From Candidatus Fermentibacteraceae bacterium (GTDB lineage: Bacteria > Fermentibacterota > Fermentibacteria > Fermentibacterales > JCC-6): a DNA stretch of 27,135 nt. The stretch is from positions 1 through 27,135 of the forward strand of contig JAWLEP010000037.1 of assembly GCA_041686025.1 (NCBI GenBank), read 5' to 3'. The notes below the pieces were generated by a model. That model searched no databases. It saw only the letters and a list, made by a program, of their open reading frames with translations, and was not told the DNA's origin. How positions within the stretch are numbered: the stretch's first letter is position 1; every line of letters begins with the position of its first letter. The translations under genes were made by a program, and so were the position numbers. This document shows, one piece after another, positions 24,799-27,135 of the stretch.

Positions 24799-25083
24799 AT
24801 GAGGGCTGTGTGGAACGGCCAGACCATAGCGCAGAGCGAGGACACCATCGAGGTGGAGGGGAACGCCTACTTCCCCCCCGATGACGTGATGACGGAGTAC
24901 CTGGAGAGGAACGACGAGAAGCAGTACACCTGCCCGAAGAAGGGGGAGGCCCAGTACTGGGACCTGGTGGTGGGAAGAAGGCGCGGGCCGGCGGCGGCCT
25001 GGAGCTACCCCGACCCCGAGCCGGGGTTCGAGGAGATGGCGGGCTACCTGGCCTTCGGAGAGGACGTGGAGGTAATTGGGTAG
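24799..25083 (+). CDS. DUF427 domain protein
   Basis: AVWNGQTIAQS...VEGNAYFPP...TCPKKGEAQYW...AAWSYPDP; GAGGAGG RBS. Confidence 0.9.
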   Translation: MRAVWNGQTIAQSEDTIEVEGNAYFPPDDVMTEYLERNDEKQYTCPKKGEAQYWDLVVGRRRGPAAAWSYPDPEPGFEEMAGYLAFGEDVEVIG

Positions 25084-25090
25084 TTCCCGG

Positions 25091-26296
25091 ATGGAGGCGT
25101 CTGCCGGCAGGCTGATGGATGACTTCGCTCGGCGCACGGGTCTGGAGCCCGGCGCAAGGCCGGTCAGGTACCTGTGGACCGACGCCTTCGCCGTCTGCAA
25201 CCTGGTGGGGCTCTGGCGAAAGACGGGCCGCGACAGGTACCTGGAGCTGGCTTGCACTCTGACCGAACAGGTTCACGAGATTCTGGGACGGCACAGGGAA
25301 GACGACGAACGCAGCGGGCACATAAGCGGCCTCGCAGGCGGGCGGGCCCGGGCCCATCCCACCATCGGCGGGCTTCGCATAGGCAAGCCCCTGCCTGAGA
25401 GAGGGGCCGACGAGCCCCTGGACCACAGGCGGGAGTGGGACCGCGATGGGCAGTATTTCCACTACCTGACGAAGTGGATGCACGCCCTGGACGTCTTATA
25501 CAGGGAGACTGCTGAGGTCAGCTGCATCGTGTGGGCCTCCGAGCTGGCCCTCACGGCGGGACGGGCGTTTCTGAGCAGGGATTCCCGGGGAAGGAGGTCG
25601 ATGAGCTGGAAGATGAGCATTGACCTCTCTCGGGCGCTGGTTCCATCCATGGGGAGCCATGATCCCCTGGATGGATACGTGCGCTGCAGGCTGCTGCTGG
25701 AGAGCCTTCGGCCCCCGGCCGGTCCGAAAGGGGCATACATCCCGGAGCTGGTCGCGGCACTGGAGGATCTGGCCGATTCGTACCTGGGCATTCTCCGGAA
25801 GAGGCCGCTGGCCACCCCCGACCCGTTGGGTCTGGGTGGCCTGCTCTCCGCTGCGGTGCACCTCTACCAGCTGGCAGGCCGGGGGCCCTTCACCGACCGG
25901 GAGCTCCTGGGCCGTCTTCTTCGGGACGCTCTCTCCGGCCTGGAGGTCTGGAAAGGGTCCGGGGCGGCGGGAGCGTCGGCGGACAGCAGGCTTCCCTTCC
26001 GGGAGCTGGGGCTGGCCATCGGGCTGCGGGGGATCTCCCGGATCCTCGATGGAAGTCTGGGGGACGGTCCGGTGTTCGAACGGGAAGGCCACTCCAGTGT
26101 CCTGCTGGGGGAGCTGGGGAAGAGGGCACGTCTGGCCGGGAGGATCACCGCGTTCTGGGCCCGGGAGGCGAACCACGGTCCCACCTGGAGCGAGCACAGG
26201 AACATAAACAGCGTCATGCTGGCCACTGCCATCGATCCCCGGGGATACCTGGTGCTCCCCGAGCCGCGGAAGGGGGCTGCCGCCAATGGCCGATAG
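25091..26296 (+). CDS. Conserved-looking hypothetical protein (RYLWTDAFAV / DRDGQYFHYLTKW motifs), probably alpha-helical
   Basis: Aromatic- and charge-rich motifs (WKMSIDLS, HDPLDG, RLPFRELGLAIG, HRNINSVMLAT). Start ATG25091 or TTG25076. Confidence 0.75.
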   Translation: MEASAGRLMDDFARRTGLEPGARPVRYLWTDAFAVCNLVGLWRKTGRDRYLELACTLTEQVHEILGRHREDDERSGHISGLAGGRARAHPTIGGLRIGKPLPERGADEPLDHRREWDRDGQYFHYLTKWMHALDVLYRETAEVSCIVWASELALTAGRAFLSRDSRGRRSMSWKMSIDLSRALVPSMGSHDPLDGYVRCRLLLESLRPPAGPKGAYIPELVAALEDLADSYLGILRKRPLATPDPLGLGGLLSAAVHLYQLAGRGPFTDRELLGRLLRDALSGLEVWKGSGAAGASADSRLPFRELGLAIGLRGISRILDGSLGDGPVFEREGHSSVLLGELGKRARLAGRITAFWAREANHGPTWSEHRNINSVMLATAIDPRGYLVLPEPRKGAAANGR

Positions 26297-26432
26297 CACG
26301 CCAGGCGCAGGCCCCACGAAGCGCGAGCTGGCCCCGGCGGAGCCAGGGCGGAGGGCCGGTTTGACCCCGGCCGGGGCCCGGCGTATCGTGGGCCGCGACA
26401 GCCTTATCCAGCCACCCTAGACGGGACGCGGG

Positions 26433-27002
26433 ATGGAGATAGCCGTTTCTGTGGGCCTGGGCCTGGGATTGAGCGCCACCTGCGGCTTCCGGGTGTTCGT
26501 GCCCCTCCTGATCACCTCCCTGGCCGCCCACCTGGGATGGATAGAGCCGGGCTCGGGTTTCGAATGGATGGCCCGTCTTCCGGCGGTTGCCGTCTTCGCA
26601 GCCGCCACTCTCTTCGAGGTGGGGGGCTATCTGGTGCCCTGGGTCGACAACCTCCTGGACACGGTGGCCACTCCGGCGGCGGTAGCGGCCGGGATTCTGG
26701 TCATGGCCTCGGTGGCGGTGGGCATGCCGCCGCTTCTGCGGTGGGGCCTGGCAGTGGTTGCCGGAGGGGGTGCGGCGGGCACTGTCCAGGCCGGCACGGT
26801 GCTGCTGCGGGGGGCGTCGTCGGTGACCACGGGGGGTGCTGCGAATCCCGCGGTCTCCGCCGGTGAGACTGCCGCCTCCGTGGCCGGCAGCGCGGTCTCG
26901 CTGCTGCTGCCCGTCCTCGGCGGGCTGCTGGCGCTGGTCCTGGTGGCGGCGGTGGCATGGAGGGTGGGCCGAAAGAGGAGAAGGGCCGCTTCCAGCCCCT
27001 AG
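26433..27002 (+). CDS. DUF4126 family membrane protein
   Basis: GLSATCGFRVFVPLL...PWVDNLLD...SSVTTGGAANP. Confidence 0.85.
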   Translation: MEIAVSVGLGLGLSATCGFRVFVPLLITSLAAHLGWIEPGSGFEWMARLPAVAVFAAATLFEVGGYLVPWVDNLLDTVATPAAVAAGILVMASVAVGMPPLLRWGLAVVAGGGAAGTVQAGTVLLRGASSVTTGGAANPAVSAGETAASVAGSAVSLLLPVLGGLLALVLVAAVAWRVGRKRRRAASSP

Positions 27003-27023
27003 GTCCGGCCCGCGGTCTCCGCT

Positions 27024-27134
27024 CTACTCCGCTCCCATGATCCTCCTGGCGCCGGAGTAGCGGCGGGCGTAGTTGGGGTGGTCTATGGGGGTTATCACCA
27101 CTCCCCGGTCGCGCCAGGACGAGCAGTGTATGAA
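27024..27134 (-). CDS. C-terminal end of an NlpC/P60 (C40) peptidase, truncated by the window edge
   Basis: Minus-strand frame FIHCSSWRDRGVVITPIDHPNYARRYSGARRIMGAE*, matching the FIHxSS...GV...Y..GARR tail. Confidence 0.7.
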   Translation of the reverse strand, partial: FIHCSSWRDRGVVITPIDHPNYARRYSGARRIMGAE

Positions 27135-27135
27135 C

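Noticed and set aside
7474..26317. Long antisense or alternate-frame ORFs (e.g. 9062-11587, 15017-17467, 20020-22047, 21806-23563)
   Set aside because: Shadow ORFs of GC-rich coding DNA overlapping well-supported genes; no motifs.

Overview
Bacterial DNA in three parts. (1) 1-581: the 3' part of an ORF-less, non-IIC group II intron. It sits on the + strand inside the left arm of an integron attC site, and its predicted EBS1 loop is complementary to the missing attC L'' box. (2) About 582-14929: a co-oriented, integron-like cassette array with no intI in the window. It has clear attC sites at the left end and carries three toxin-antitoxin pairs, a GAF protein, an orphan histidine kinase, a macrodomain protein and a beta-propeller protein. 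Rightwards the attC sites and toxins decay, GC rises, and the genes look like ordinary chromosomal ones (S9 and S10 peptidases, methyltransferase, ZIP transporter, membrane proteins). (3) About 15000-27135: GC-rich backbone with a VIT-VWA protein, an MBL-rhodanese protein, a tightly coupled DUF72-PolX/PHP-LigA-MBL operon (candidate DNA end-processing/repair system), DUF427, an unknown protein, DUF4126 and the end of an NlpC/P60 gene. Family calls are from motif recognition only; no searches or folding were run.
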